Source: an uncultured Mycoplasmatota bacterium
Lineage (GTDB): Bacteria > Bacillota_I > Bacilli_A > RF39 > UBA660
NCBI GenBank assembly: GCA_900552495.1
Contig: URZY01000001.1
Span: 55,502 to 119,501, forward strand
Direction: 5' to 3'
Length of the DNA: 64,000 nt
Shown here: positions 40,599 through 50,165 of the stretch, piece after piece
Position numbering within the stretch: position 1 is the stretch's first letter
How the letters are laid out: every line of letters begins with the position of its first letter
Notes under the pieces: generated by a model
The model's input: only the letters and a program-made list of their open reading frames with translations
What the model was told of the DNA's origin: nothing
Database searches by the model: none
Position numbers and translations under genes: made by a program

Positions 40599-40618
40599 TT
40601 AATTATAGTGAGGTGTTT

Positions 40619-41113
40619 ATGAAAGAGTTAGGGGAATATTTAAAGCGTACTAGAACGTCTAATGGTGTTAGTATTGCTGAAGCAGCAGAGGACTTGGAAC
40701 TTTCTACATCTCAAATTGAAAATATAGAAAGTGGAAATGTTAGAGCTTTTAAAGATGTATATAGTTTAAAAGAATTAATTAAGCAATATGCTAAATATCT
40801 TGGGCTTGATCCTGAGAAAGTTGTAGATGAATTTAATGAATTCTTGTTTGAACATACTTCCAAAATATCTTTAGATGATATTAAAGCTGCTCAAAAAAAA
40901 CTAGAAGAAAGTGAAAAGAAAACAAAGTCGCCATATACTATGGAATATAAGAGAAAAATTTCCATGTGGACAATTGGGGTTGTTGTTGGGTGTTTTATAC
41001 TTTTAGTTTTAATAATATATCTTATAATTAGTAATGCTAATAAAGCTCCAACGCAGGTAGAAGAGTTAAAACCATTTGGTGGAAAGGAGTACATTTATGA
41101 ATTTACCTACTAA
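40619..41113 (+). CDS. RodZ-like HTH (XRE) membrane protein.
   Basis: HTH (GVSIAEAAEDLELSTSQIENIESG) then one TM helix. Immediately upstream of pgsA-recA, as ymfM/rodZ is in B. subtilis. The track ORF's 5' extension overlaps rnpB and is rejected. Confidence 0.7.
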   Translation: MKELGEYLKRTRTSNGVSIAEAAEDLELSTSQIENIESGNVRAFKDVYSLKELIKQYAKYLGLDPEKVVDEFNEFLFEHTSKISLDDIKAAQKKLEESEKKTKSPYTMEYKRKISMWTIGVVVGCFILLVLIIYLIISNANKAPTQVEELKPFGGKEYIYEFTY

Positions 41114-41699
41114 ACTTACTGTTCTAAGATTGATTTTGTCATTGGTTATTGTGGGATTGTTGTGTTTCCCATTTTATGAAGTTGGGTTGCAATTTCCAAC
41201 TTACACGATTGGTGGTGTAGCTGTTGAGTTACAATATATTATTTCAGGAGTGATATTTATTATTGCTAGTCTTACAGACTTTTTGGATGGATATTTGGCT
41301 CGCAAAAATAATCAAATTACTGATACTGGAAAGATGTTAGATGCAATTGCTGATAAGGTGTTAGTTAATTCTGTATTAATTATTTTAGCAGCACATCAGT
41401 TTATTCCTGTAATTATTCCTGTAGTTATTGTTTTGAGAGATATTGTTGTTAATGCAATAAAAATGGAGGCAGCAGGGAAGGGAAAGGTTGTTGCAGCTAT
41501 TGGTTCAGGAAAATTAAAAACAGCAACATTAATGGTTGGTACAACTTTAGCATTTTTCTACAATTTGCCATTTGCAATGTGGAATATTAGAGTTGACGAT
41601 TGCTTGCTATATATTGCATGTATTTTATCAATTATATCTGCTGTACAATATTTTAATATGAATAAAGAAATTATTTTTCCAAAAACAAAAAAGAATTAA
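41097..41699 (+). CDS. pgsA: CDP-diacylglycerol--glycerol-3-phosphate 3-phosphatidyltransferase.
   Basis: CDP-alcohol phosphatidyltransferase motif DFLDGYLARK...GKMLDAIADKV. Start at MNLPTKLT with AAAGGAG RBS. Confidence 0.85.
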   Translation: MNLPTKLTVLRLILSLVIVGLLCFPFYEVGLQFPTYTIGGVAVELQYIISGVIFIIASLTDFLDGYLARKNNQITDTGKMLDAIADKVLVNSVLIILAAHQFIPVIIPVVIVLRDIVVNAIKMEAAGKGKVVAAIGSGKLKTATLMVGTTLAFFYNLPFAMWNIRVDDCLLYIACILSIISAVQYFNMNKEIIFPKTKKN

Positions 41700-41781
41700 T
41701 CAAAGAATTGTAAGTAGCAAAAATTCTCTTTTATTAGGGAATTTTTTATTTTTTGGTATAAATTGGCTTAGATTTTAATAA

Positions 41782-41793
41782 AACAATTGTTCG
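41782..41793. promoter_or_regulatory. Candidate LexA (Cheo-like) box upstream of recA.
   Basis: AACAATTGTTCG approximates GAAC-N4-GTTC. Right half is perfect, left half is AAAC. Lies ~70 nt upstream of the recA start. Confidence 0.35.
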
Positions 41794-41860
41794 AAAAGAT
41801 ATTGATTTTTCTTTTAAGATAAGTTACAATGGTATTGTAAGTTATTTATTAGGAGGAAAT

Positions 41861-42904
41861 ATGAAAACAGTAACTGATAAAGATAAAGCTTTAGAGCAAG
41901 TATTAAATGATATAGAGAAACAGTTTGGTAAGGGATCTATTATGAAACTTGGTGATAGTAAACATACTAAGGTTGATGTTTGCTCTAGCGGTTGTCTTTC
42001 TTTAGATATTGCCTTAGGTGTAGGTGGATATCCACGTGGAAGAATTATTGAAATTTACGGTCCTGAGTCTAGCGGTAAGACGACATTTGCTTTGCAAGCA
42101 ATCGCTGAACATCAAAAATTAGGTGGTAGAGCGGCTTTTATTGATGCAGAACATGCATTGGATCCCGTTTATGCAGAGAGACTTGGCGTGAATATTGATG
42201 AACTTTTATTGTCACAACCTGATACTGGTGAGCAGGCTTTAGAAATTTGTGAGGCTCTTGTTAGAAGTGAAGCTGTAAGTATTATTGTAATTGATTCTGT
42301 TGCTGCACTTGTTCCACAAGCAGAAATTGATGGTGAAATGGGAGATTCTCATGTTGGATTACAGGCGAGGTTAATGTCACAAGCTTTAAGAAAATTATCT
42401 GGAACTATTAATAAAACAAAAACAACCTGTATTTTTATTAACCAATTACGTGAGAAGGTTGGTGTTATGTTTGGAAATCCTGAGACTACTCCTGGTGGTA
42501 GAGCACTTAAGTTTTATTCAACAATTAGGCTTGATATTCGCCGTAATGAACAGTTAAAAATGGGTGATGGAATAGTTGGTAATAAGACAACAATTAAGGT
42601 AGTTAAAAATAAGGTTGCCCCACCGTTTAAATCAGCAGTTGTTGATATAATGTATGGTGAAGGTGTTTCACGTGAGGGGGAAGTTATTGATTTAGCAGTT
42701 GAAGCCGGTATTGTGGAAAAAACAGGTGCTTGGTATTCTTATCAAGGCGAGAAGTTAGGTCAAGGGAAAGAAAACGTTAAATTGTTGTTAAAAGATACTC
42801 CAGAATTGCGAGATGAAATTGAACTTAAAGTAAGGAAATATTATGATATTGCTTTAGAAGTAAAGGATGATAAAGCTGCAAAAGCTGGAGCAAAAGACAA
42901 ATAA
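41861..42904 (+). CDS. recA: Recombinase A.
   Basis: Walker [10 protein letters not shown], ...IDAEHALDP..., and RecA length. Confidence 0.95.
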   Translation: MKTVTDKDKALEQVLNDIEKQFGKGSIMKLGDSKHTKVDVCSSGCLSLDIALGVGGYPRGRIIEIYGPESSGKTTFALQAIAEHQKLGGRAAFIDAEHALDPVYAERLGVNIDELLLSQPDTGEQALEICEALVRSEAVSIIVIDSVAALVPQAEIDGEMGDSHVGLQARLMSQALRKLSGTINKTKTTCIFINQLREKVGVMFGNPETTPGGRALKFYSTIRLDIRRNEQLKMGDGIVGNKTTIKVVKNKVAPPFKSAVVDIMYGEGVSREGEVIDLAVEAGIVEKTGAWYSYQGEKLGQGKENVKLLLKDTPELRDEIELKVRKYYDIALEVKDDKAAKAGAKDK

Positions 42905-42950
42905 TTGTCTTTTCTTTTTTTGATTAACATAATATTTTTTAGGAGGCTGT

Positions 42951-44348
42951 ATGAAAAAGTTAAATGAAATTGTAGATTGTGAATATGACATTGATATAAT
43001 TGGAGTTGCCGATGATTCACGGAATGTGAGTGAAGGGTATTTGTTTGTAGCAACTAAGGGTTATTATGTTGATCATTTTGATTATATAGAAGATGCCATA
43101 AATAATGGGGCTGTAGCAGTAATTGTTGATCGAAATGTAAAATTGAAAATTCCTACAATAGTGGTTGAGGATATCAATGATTATTATTTTGAGGTTTGTA
43201 AGAGATTCTATGATGTTAGTCCAAGTGATTTCTCCTTTATAGGAATTACTGGTACAGATGGGAAGACAACTACAGCGACAGTTGTTAGTCAACTTTTAAA
43301 TAAAGTAGAATTATGTGCTTATATTGGTACTAATGGTGTTCAAATAAACGACAGTTATTATCCAACAACAAATACTACTCCATGTGTAGGGGAACTATTT
43401 AAATGTTTAAAATTTATAAAAGAAAGAAATTGTAAATTGGTAGTTATGGAAGTGTCAAGTGAAGCTTTGCTTCACGAAAGATTGAAAGGCTTTAATTATG
43501 ATATGGTAGCATATACAAATATTACAGAAGATCATCTTAATATTCATAAAACTATTGATAATTATAGGGAATGTAAATTTAAATTATTGTCTTTATTAAA
43601 GCCAACTGGAATTGTTATTATAAACGGTGATGATAATAATTGTCGTATGATTGACAGTTGTAATTTACATACTTTTGGAATTAATAGTGACAATGAATAT
43701 GTTATAAGCAATGTAAATGAAATGTCTAATAGTGTTAAATTTAATTTGTGTACAAATGAAAATAAATATGAGATAGTTAGTCCGTTAAAAGGACAATATA
43801 ATGTTTATAATGTAGCGATGGCTTTTGTTATTTGTTTATTAAAAGGAATGAATCCTAGCGGTTTGATTGACGAAATTTCAAAATTAAAAGTAGTTAAAGG
43901 ACGAAGAGAGTATTTAAATTTTGGGCAAGATTTTGATATTATATTAGATTATGCACATACATATAATGGAATAAAATGTTTACTTGAAAGTGTAAAAAAT
44001 TATAAAAAAATTATTACGATTACTGGGGCCGCAGGTGGCAGAGAAGTTGAAAAAAGGAGTAAAATTGGAAAGTTGATTTTAGATAAATCAACAATAGCGA
44101 TTTTTACAATGGACGATCCACGATATGAAGATGTTAATGATATCATTGATCAAATGGTTTCTAGTAGTGAGAAAAATTATATTAGAATTGTTGATCGAAA
44201 GACTGCGATTTTTAAGGGTTTAGAGTTAGCAGACAAAGAGAGTGTTGTTTTGGTAATTGGTAAAGGTAGAGATAATTATATGGCAATTGAAAATAGACGT
44301 GAAGAATATTCTGATTATGAAAGTATTAAGAATTTTTTTATTAAGTAG
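42951..44348 (+). CDS. murE: Mur ligase family protein, MurE-type (UDP-MurNAc-tripeptide synthetase).
   Basis: Mur ligase ATP-binding GITGTDGKTTT, and a DDPR motif in the C-terminal domain (MDDPRYEDV). Confidence 0.75.
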   Translation: MKKLNEIVDCEYDIDIIGVADDSRNVSEGYLFVATKGYYVDHFDYIEDAINNGAVAVIVDRNVKLKIPTIVVEDINDYYFEVCKRFYDVSPSDFSFIGITGTDGKTTTATVVSQLLNKVELCAYIGTNGVQINDSYYPTTNTTPCVGELFKCLKFIKERNCKLVVMEVSSEALLHERLKGFNYDMVAYTNITEDHLNIHKTIDNYRECKFKLLSLLKPTGIVIINGDDNNCRMIDSCNLHTFGINSDNEYVISNVNEMSNSVKFNLCTNENKYEIVSPLKGQYNVYNVAMAFVICLLKGMNPSGLIDEISKLKVVKGRREYLNFGQDFDIILDYAHTYNGIKCLLESVKNYKKIITITGAAGGREVEKRSKIGKLILDKSTIAIFTMDDPRYEDVNDIIDQMVSSSEKNYIRIVDRKTAIFKGLELADKESVVLVIGKGRDNYMAIENRREEYSDYESIKNFFIK

Positions 44349-44459
44349 TTAAAGGCTTTAAGCTTTAAACCTTTTTCTTTTCCTTGACAATATTTGAAAT
44401 TGTATTCTACAATATAATTAGATTAGAGGTTTAGTACCTGGTCTAGATGGAGGAATGTT

Positions 44460-46013
44460 ATGAATAATACAATGATCTCCATTTTACTTATAGCCGTTGG
44501 TTTACTAATCGGTTTTATTATAGCTTTTGTTATAAATAGTTTAAAAGTTAGTAAAGCATCTAAAAAGGCGGAATCTATGATTGCGAGTGCAAAAAAGGAA
44601 ATAGAAAAAGCTAAAAGGGATGCTGCTATTGAACAAAAAGAAGAAGCTCATAAATTAAAGATGGATTTAGATAAGGAAATTCGTGAAAGAAAGGAAGAGT
44701 TAAAGGAATCTGAAAATAGATTATTACAACGTGAAGCTAATATTGATAAGCGTGATGAAATGTATCAAAAACGTGAGTTAGCATTAGATGAAAGAGAAGA
44801 AAAACTTTCTGAACGCCAAATTGAAATTCAAAATGAGAAAAGTAAAGTGGAGGAAATTAAAAAGGAACAATTAGATTTATTGGAAAAAATTTCAGGATTT
44901 AGCAAAGAAAAAGCTCGTGAACAAGTAATGAGTCAAGTTAGAGAAAACATGAGTAAGGAAATCGCTGAATATATCCACGAAAGAGAAAATGAAGCAAAAC
45001 TTCAGGCTGATAAGTCAGCTAGAGAGTATATTGTAAGTTCAATGCAGAGATATGCTGCTGATATTGCTAACGATCAGACTGTAACAGTTGTTGATTTACC
45101 TACAGATGAAATGAAAGGGCGAATTATTGGTCGTGAGGGACGTAATATCCGTACAATAGAAGCAATTACCGGAGTAGATTTAATTATTGATGATACACCA
45201 GAAGCAGTGGTTTTATCTAGTTTTGATCCACTAAGAAGGGAAATTGCTAGAGTAACGCTTGAGAGTTTAATTAAGGATGGTAGAATTCATCCAACGAGAA
45301 TTGAAGAATTATACGATAAAGTTTGTAAAGATATGAAACAAAAGATTATTGAGTATGGACAAGAGGCTATATACGAGCTTGGGTTAACCAAGTTTGATCC
45401 AGCATTACTTGAGATTGTAGGAAAACTACACTTTAGAACAAGTTATGGTCAGAATGCTTTGCGTCATTCAATTGAAGTTGCTCAGTTGTCAGGTTTGATA
45501 GCTGGTGAATTGGGAGAAAATGTTGCTTTGGCTAAGAGAGCAGGACTTTTGCATGACATTGGAAAAGCTATTGATCATGAAATCGAAGGAAGTCATGTTG
45601 ATATTGGGGTAGATTTAGCTAAAAAGTATCGTGAAAATGAGGTTGTAATTAATGCAATTGCTTCGCATCATGGTGATACCGCTGCTAATAGTGTAATTGC
45701 TACAATAGTTGCTATTGCCGATGCGTTATCAGCATCTCGCCCTGGAGCCCGTAATGATTCACTAGAAAATTATATTAATAGACTTTCACAACTTGAAGAA
45801 GTTGGAAATGAAATTGCCGGAGTTGAAAAAACTTATGCGGTTCAAGCAGGACGTGAGTTAAGAGTAATTGTAAAACCTGAAGAGGTAGATGATTTAGAAG
45901 CTCATAAGATTGCTAGAGAAGTCAAAGAAAAAATTGAAAGTACAATGAAATATCCTGGAACTATTAAAATTACAGTTGTTCGTGAGACAAGAGCACAAGA
46001 AGAGGCTAAATAG
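44460..46013 (+). CDS. rny: Ribonuclease Y.
   Basis: N-terminal TM helix, coiled coil, KH domain ([21 protein letters not shown]) and HD domain (LLHDIGKA...). Confidence 0.95.
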   Translation: MNNTMISILLIAVGLLIGFIIAFVINSLKVSKASKKAESMIASAKKEIEKAKRDAAIEQKEEAHKLKMDLDKEIRERKEELKESENRLLQREANIDKRDEMYQKRELALDEREEKLSERQIEIQNEKSKVEEIKKEQLDLLEKISGFSKEKAREQVMSQVRENMSKEIAEYIHERENEAKLQADKSAREYIVSSMQRYAADIANDQTVTVVDLPTDEMKGRIIGREGRNIRTIEAITGVDLIIDDTPEAVVLSSFDPLRREIARVTLESLIKDGRIHPTRIEELYDKVCKDMKQKIIEYGQEAIYELGLTKFDPALLEIVGKLHFRTSYGQNALRHSIEVAQLSGLIAGELGENVALAKRAGLLHDIGKAIDHEIEGSHVDIGVDLAKKYRENEVVINAIASHHGDTAANSVIATIVAIADALSASRPGARNDSLENYINRLSQLEEVGNEIAGVEKTYAVQAGRELRVIVKPEEVDDLEAHKIAREVKEKIESTMKYPGTIKITVVRETRAQEEAK

Positions 46014-46066
46014 ATAGTCTCTTTTTTTTGAAAAAATTTTCTTTTAGATAATAATATTAACAGGAG

Positions 46067-46435
46067 GTGATATATATTAATTGTGTTCAGTCGATTTTTT
46101 TCTTTTGGAAGATTGGTCAAACTGTAATGAATAGTAGAAATTATTGTTGGAATCCGGCATTAAAATTATCAACATTTTATTCATATAAATATGGTTTTAG
46201 TGAGTTGTTTTCAATTAGTAATGTTAGATATATGGAAAAATTTTATAAATGCTTTCCGATTTATTATGATGAACTTAATAAATTAACATTTGAACATTAT
46301 AAGCTTTTGGTTAATGTTTCTGATGTTACACGACGTTATTTTTATTATCGTGTGGCCTTGTTTTGTCGAAGTGGTGTAGTGGAATTGAGGCAATTTATTG
46401 GGGAAGATATGTATTTAAAGATAAAAAAAAGATAA
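46067..46435 (+). pseudogene. Truncated remnant of a DUF1016 / YhcG-like (PD-(D/E)xK nuclease family) gene: N-terminal-domain fragment only.
   Basis: YGFSELFSISNVRYMEKFYKCFP and LTFEHYKLLVNVSDVTRRYFYYRVALFCRSGVVELRQFI match conserved blocks of the DUF1016 N-terminal domain. The nuclease domain and first ~40 aa are missing. Strong RBS AGGAGGTGA is present but no properly spaced start codon follows. The ORF is abutted by the convergent rnjA 3' end. Confidence 0.5.
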
Positions 46436-46440
46436 CAATT

Positions 46441-48132
46441 TTAGTTGTTATCTTTGTCTTTTTTTATATCTAAGATAATTGGTAGAATAATTGGTTTTCT
46501 ACCTGTTAGATTGTAAATAAATGGATATAAGTTTTCTGTTAAATCATTTTTTAGATTGGCAAATGTTGAGCGTGGATCCTGAAGAGATAATTTAATTGAA
46601 TTTTCAGCTTTGGTTTCAATTTTGTGAATTAATTCTTCGTTTTCGTTTACTAAAATAAAGCCTCTTGTTGTAATATTAGGTTTAATTAGTAGTTCGCGCT
46701 TTTTCATATCAACATTAATAATTACTACTAAAATACCGTCATTAGCCATAATTTTGCGATCTTTTATGACAGCACTACCAATTTCGCCAATCCTGTTACC
46801 GTCAACATAGATATCAGCTCCAGGCATACTTTCGCCTCTGGTAATAATGTGATTTTTTAAATTAAGTGTATCACCATTTTTTAAAATAAAAGTATTTTCC
46901 TTTGGGATACCACAACTAATACCAATATCAGCTTGCTTTTTTAGCATGCGGTAATCACCATGGAATGGCATTAAGTATTTTGGTTTTAATAAGCGAATCA
47001 TTAATTTTACCTCTTCTTCGTTGGCATGTCCAGATGTATGTAAATCGGCTAATGCATTATTGGTATAAACTTTAACGCCTTTTAAGTATAATTTGTTTAC
47101 TATTTTTGAAATACTTAATGCATTTCCTGGAATGGCACTTGATGAGAAGATTACAACGTCATCAGGACGTAGTTTGATCTGTTTATGAGTACCATTAGAA
47201 ATTCTTGATAAGGCCGCTAGAGGTTCACCTTGACTTCCAGTACATAGTAATGTTACCTCATTTGGTTTTAAATTATTGGCTTCCTCTGGTGTTACTAGTA
47301 ATTCTTTATGGTCGATATAACCACCATTAATAGAAATATTAATATTGTTTTCCATACTTCTTCCAAAGATGCATATTTTTCGGTTATGTTTGTAGCATGT
47401 TTCAAAGATGTGTTTAACACGATAAATGTTTGAAGCAAAAGTTGCAATAATAATACGGCTATTTTTACATTTATCAAACATTTCACCAAGTGTTTCATCT
47501 ACAACTGATTCACTATTAGAAAATCCTTCATTTAGTGCGTTAGTAGAATCTCCAATCATTAAATCTACCCCATCTTCACCCAAGCAGGCCATTTTGTATA
47601 AATCGGCCATTGGACCAACTGGGGTTAAATCAAATTTGTAATCTCCAGTTGTGCATATTCTTCCATCGGGCGTTTTAACGCTAATCCCATGTGAATCAGG
47701 TATAGAGTGAGTAGTTCTAAAAAACTCTATTTCAATCTCCTTAAATTTTAATTTTGTATTTTCAGTATAGACAAATAAATTATCATATCTGATATTACGA
47801 TCCTGTAATTTTACAGCAATTAATTCTTTAGCATGGTTAGGAGCGTAAATTGCAGGAATATTAATACTTTGAAGTAAAAAGGGAATTCCTCCAATGTGAT
47901 CTTCGTGACCATGAGTTATTAGTAAAGCTTTAATCTTGTTTTCATTTTCTTTTAAAAATGTAAAATCAGGTAAAACGTAGTCTACTCCCATAAGTTCACT
48001 TTCTGGGAAACTAACACCGGCATCAATAATAACAATTGCGTCTTTATGCATTACACAATACATATTTTTTCCGACTTCTCCTAAACCACCTAAAACAACT
48101 ATTTTTGTTTCATTGGTTTTTTGATTATTCAT
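46441..48132 (-). CDS. rnjA: Ribonuclease J.
   Basis: Metallo-beta-lactamase HxHxDH (ITHGHEDHIGG), beta-CASP, and C-terminal domain. 563 aa. Confidence 0.9.
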   Translation of the reverse strand: MNNQKTNETKIVVLGGLGEVGKNMYCVMHKDAIVIIDAGVSFPESELMGVDYVLPDFTFLKENENKIKALLITHGHEDHIGGIPFLLQSINIPAIYAPNHAKELIAVKLQDRNIRYDNLFVYTENTKLKFKEIEIEFFRTTHSIPDSHGISVKTPDGRICTTGDYKFDLTPVGPMADLYKMACLGEDGVDLMIGDSTNALNEGFSNSESVVDETLGEMFDKCKNSRIIIATFASNIYRVKHIFETCYKHNRKICIFGRSMENNINISINGGYIDHKELLVTPEEANNLKPNEVTLLCTGSQGEPLAALSRISNGTHKQIKLRPDDVVIFSSSAIPGNALSISKIVNKLYLKGVKVYTNNALADLHTSGHANEEEVKLMIRLLKPKYLMPFHGDYRMLKKQADIGISCGIPKENTFILKNGDTLNLKNHIITRGESMPGADIYVDGNRIGEIGSAVIKDRKIMANDGILVVIINVDMKKRELLIKPNITTRGFILVNENEELIHKIETKAENSIKLSLQDPRSTFANLKNDLTENLYPFIYNLTGRKPIILPIILDIKKDKDNN

Positions 48133-48302
48133 AAAAACTCCTTTCTTATATTTAAAAATTTATATAAAGAATTAACTCTAAAATTATACTATAAAAATTT
48201 TTATTTGTCTAGGTGTACTAATGTATTAATGTGAATATAATTTTACGAGCTTTGTCTTTGTAAATGTTGCTTATTTATGATAAAATGGAGATGGTGATAT
48301 AG

Positions 48303-49388
48303 ATGGGATTATTTAATAAGATTAAAAGTATGTTTCAGAAAAATGAAACGTTAGATGAAAATGAAATAAAGAAAAATAATTTAGATGAAAATAATATTCA
48401 GGAAGATTTAAATGAAACCGACACTAATATTGATAATGTAGATGAGTTGCAGTCTAAAAATAAAGATGTTAGAATCTATGAAAAAGGATTAACTAAATCA
48501 CGTCAAGGTTTTGTGTCTAAATTGGCTAATTTAACTAATAAGTATAGAAAAGTTACGGATGAGTATTTTGAAGAATTGGAAGAAATTCTAATTATGGCGG
48601 ATATTGGTGTTAATACTGTTATGGAATTTATTGATCGCCTGAGAGATAGAGTTCAAAAAGAGAAATTAGAAGATCCAGAAATGCTTAAGGAAATAATAGT
48701 TGATGAGTTATTTATTATTTATGTAAATGATTCTGTATTAACTAGTAAAATTACTTATAATGATAATGGACCAACGGCTATATTGTTTGTTGGGGTTAAT
48801 GGGGTTGGAAAAACAACAACTATTGGAAAGATTGGGTATCAATTAAAAAAGGAAGGAAAGAAAATTCTATTAGTAGCAGCAGATACTTTTAGAGCTGGAG
48901 CGACAGCCCAACTTAGAGAATGGAGCGAAAAAATAGGTGTTGGGTTTTATGGAAAAGAAGAAGGGGCTGATCCAGCGAGTGTTGTTTTTGATGGATTAGA
49001 AAAGGCAAAGAAAGAAGAATATGATGTCGTTTTAATAGATACAGCAGGAAGACTACAAAATAAGGTTAATTTAATGAAAGAACTTGAGAAAATGAATAAA
49101 GTAATTGATGGACAGATAGAAGGTGGAACGACAGAAACTTTATTAGTGATTGATGCTACAACTGGTCAAAATGGGATTAGTCAAGCAAAGGCATTTAAAG
49201 AAATTACAAATATAACAGGTATTGTATTAACAAAGTTGGATGGAACTGCAAAGGGTGGAATAGTTCTTGCTATAAAGGAATCAGTAGGAATACCTGTGAA
49301 GTATATTGGGCTTGGTGAAACAAAAGATGATTTACAAGTATTTGATATTGAAAAATATATTTATGGATTATTTAAAGATATGATGTAG
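48303..49388 (+). CDS. ftsY: Signal recognition particle receptor FtsY.
   Basis: SRP54-type GTPase GVNGVGKTTTIGK, DTAGR. Confidence 0.9.
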   Translation: MGLFNKIKSMFQKNETLDENEIKKNNLDENNIQEDLNETDTNIDNVDELQSKNKDVRIYEKGLTKSRQGFVSKLANLTNKYRKVTDEYFEELEEILIMADIGVNTVMEFIDRLRDRVQKEKLEDPEMLKEIIVDELFIIYVNDSVLTSKITYNDNGPTAILFVGVNGVGKTTTIGKIGYQLKKEGKKILLVAADTFRAGATAQLREWSEKIGVGFYGKEEGADPASVVFDGLEKAKKEEYDVVLIDTAGRLQNKVNLMKELEKMNKVIDGQIEGGTTETLLVIDATTGQNGISQAKAFKEITNITGIVLTKLDGTAKGGIVLAIKESVGIPVKYIGLGETKDDLQVFDIEKYIYGLFKDMM

Positions 49389-49397
49389 GTGATTCTT

Positions 49398-49763
49398 ATG
49401 ACAAAGAAAGAGATAAAAGGAAAAGAAAACAAGATAAAGAAAAAAACAAAAGGTGCAAAATTACTGGAGGAAATGCCAGGAGAAGAAAAATATCAGGGAA
49501 TTAGTCCTATCAATAGGTTTAATATTTTATTTGCTGATTTACAATTTATATTTACAATTTTCACTTTGATATGTTTTGTTTGGTATTTGTTTAATGATAA
49601 AGTATGGGATGTATTACAGTTTGTTTTAGCGATTACCTTATTTATTATTGGTTATAACAATAAAATTATTTATAATAAATCAAAGAAGGCCTATTTTTAT
49701 TATGCTTGTGGGGCAATTATTTTAGTTTTGGAAATTCTTACATTAATTTTAGAGGTGATTTAA
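49398..49763 (+). CDS. Small membrane protein (2-3 TM helices) between ftsY and ylxM.
   Basis: RBS GTAGGTGA. Hydrophobic helices. Stop overlaps the ylxM start (TAATG). Confidence 0.5.
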   Translation: MTKKEIKGKENKIKKKTKGAKLLEEMPGEEKYQGISPINRFNILFADLQFIFTIFTLICFVWYLFNDKVWDVLQFVLAITLFIIGYNNKIIYNKSKKAYFYYACGAIILVLEILTLILEVI

Positions 49764-50056
49764 TGGAGGATGTAGTTTATTTTAATGAGTTATATGATTT
49801 GTATGGAGATTTATTAACTGCTAAGCAAAAGTTATATTTTGAAGATTATTATTTTAATAACTTGAGTTTCTCAGAGATGTCTGAAAATTACGATGTTAGT
49901 AGAAATGCAATTTTTAAGCAAATTCATATTGTTACTGACAAATTAAAAGAATATGAAAGTATTTTGAAACTTTATGAGAAAAGGAATACTTTGTTAGCAC
50001 TATCAAGTAAAATAAAGGATGAAAATGTTAGAGAACAATTGGAAGAATTATTGTAG
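49763..50056 (+). CDS. ylxM: YlxM (UPF0122) putative HTH protein of the SRP operon.
   Basis: LSFSEMSENYDVSRNAIFKQIHIV is the sigma70-region-4-like HTH typical of YlxM. Located between ftsY and ffh as in Bacilli. Confidence 0.8.
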   Translation: MEDVVYFNELYDLYGDLLTAKQKLYFEDYYFNNLSFSEMSENYDVSRNAIFKQIHIVTDKLKEYESILKLYEKRNTLLALSSKIKDENVREQLEELL

Positions 50057-50085
50057 GTAAGTTGTGAACTAACTTATCTTTTTTC

Positions 50086-50114
50086 TTGTAAAAATTAATG
50101 AGAGAATGTATAAT
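50086..50114 (+). promoter_or_regulatory. Sigma-A-type promoter dedicated to the HerA-like ATPase gene.
   Basis: TTGTAA, 17 nt spacer, TGTATAAT (extended -10), about 50 nt upstream of the ATG. Confidence 0.55.
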
Positions 50115-50165
50115 TTATAATATATGATAGGGTGAGAAGAATAAAAACTGAAATGGGGTAATGCT

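Noticed and set aside
40553-40618. 5' extension of the rodZ-like ORF (MSPRNRNRTWLIYIIVNYSEVF).
   Set aside because: Overlaps the 3' half of rnpB. The real start is the ATG at 40619 with a GTGAGGTG RBS.
40891-41094. ORF antisense to the rodZ-like gene.
   Set aside because: Shadow ORF.
42841-43292. ORFs 42841..43053(-) and 43017..43292(-) antisense to the recA end and murE start.
   Set aside because: Shadow ORFs.
45902-46120. ORF antisense to the rny end and DUF1016 fragment.
   Set aside because: Shadow ORF.
47295-47641. ORFs within or antisense to rnjA.
   Set aside because: Shadow ORFs.
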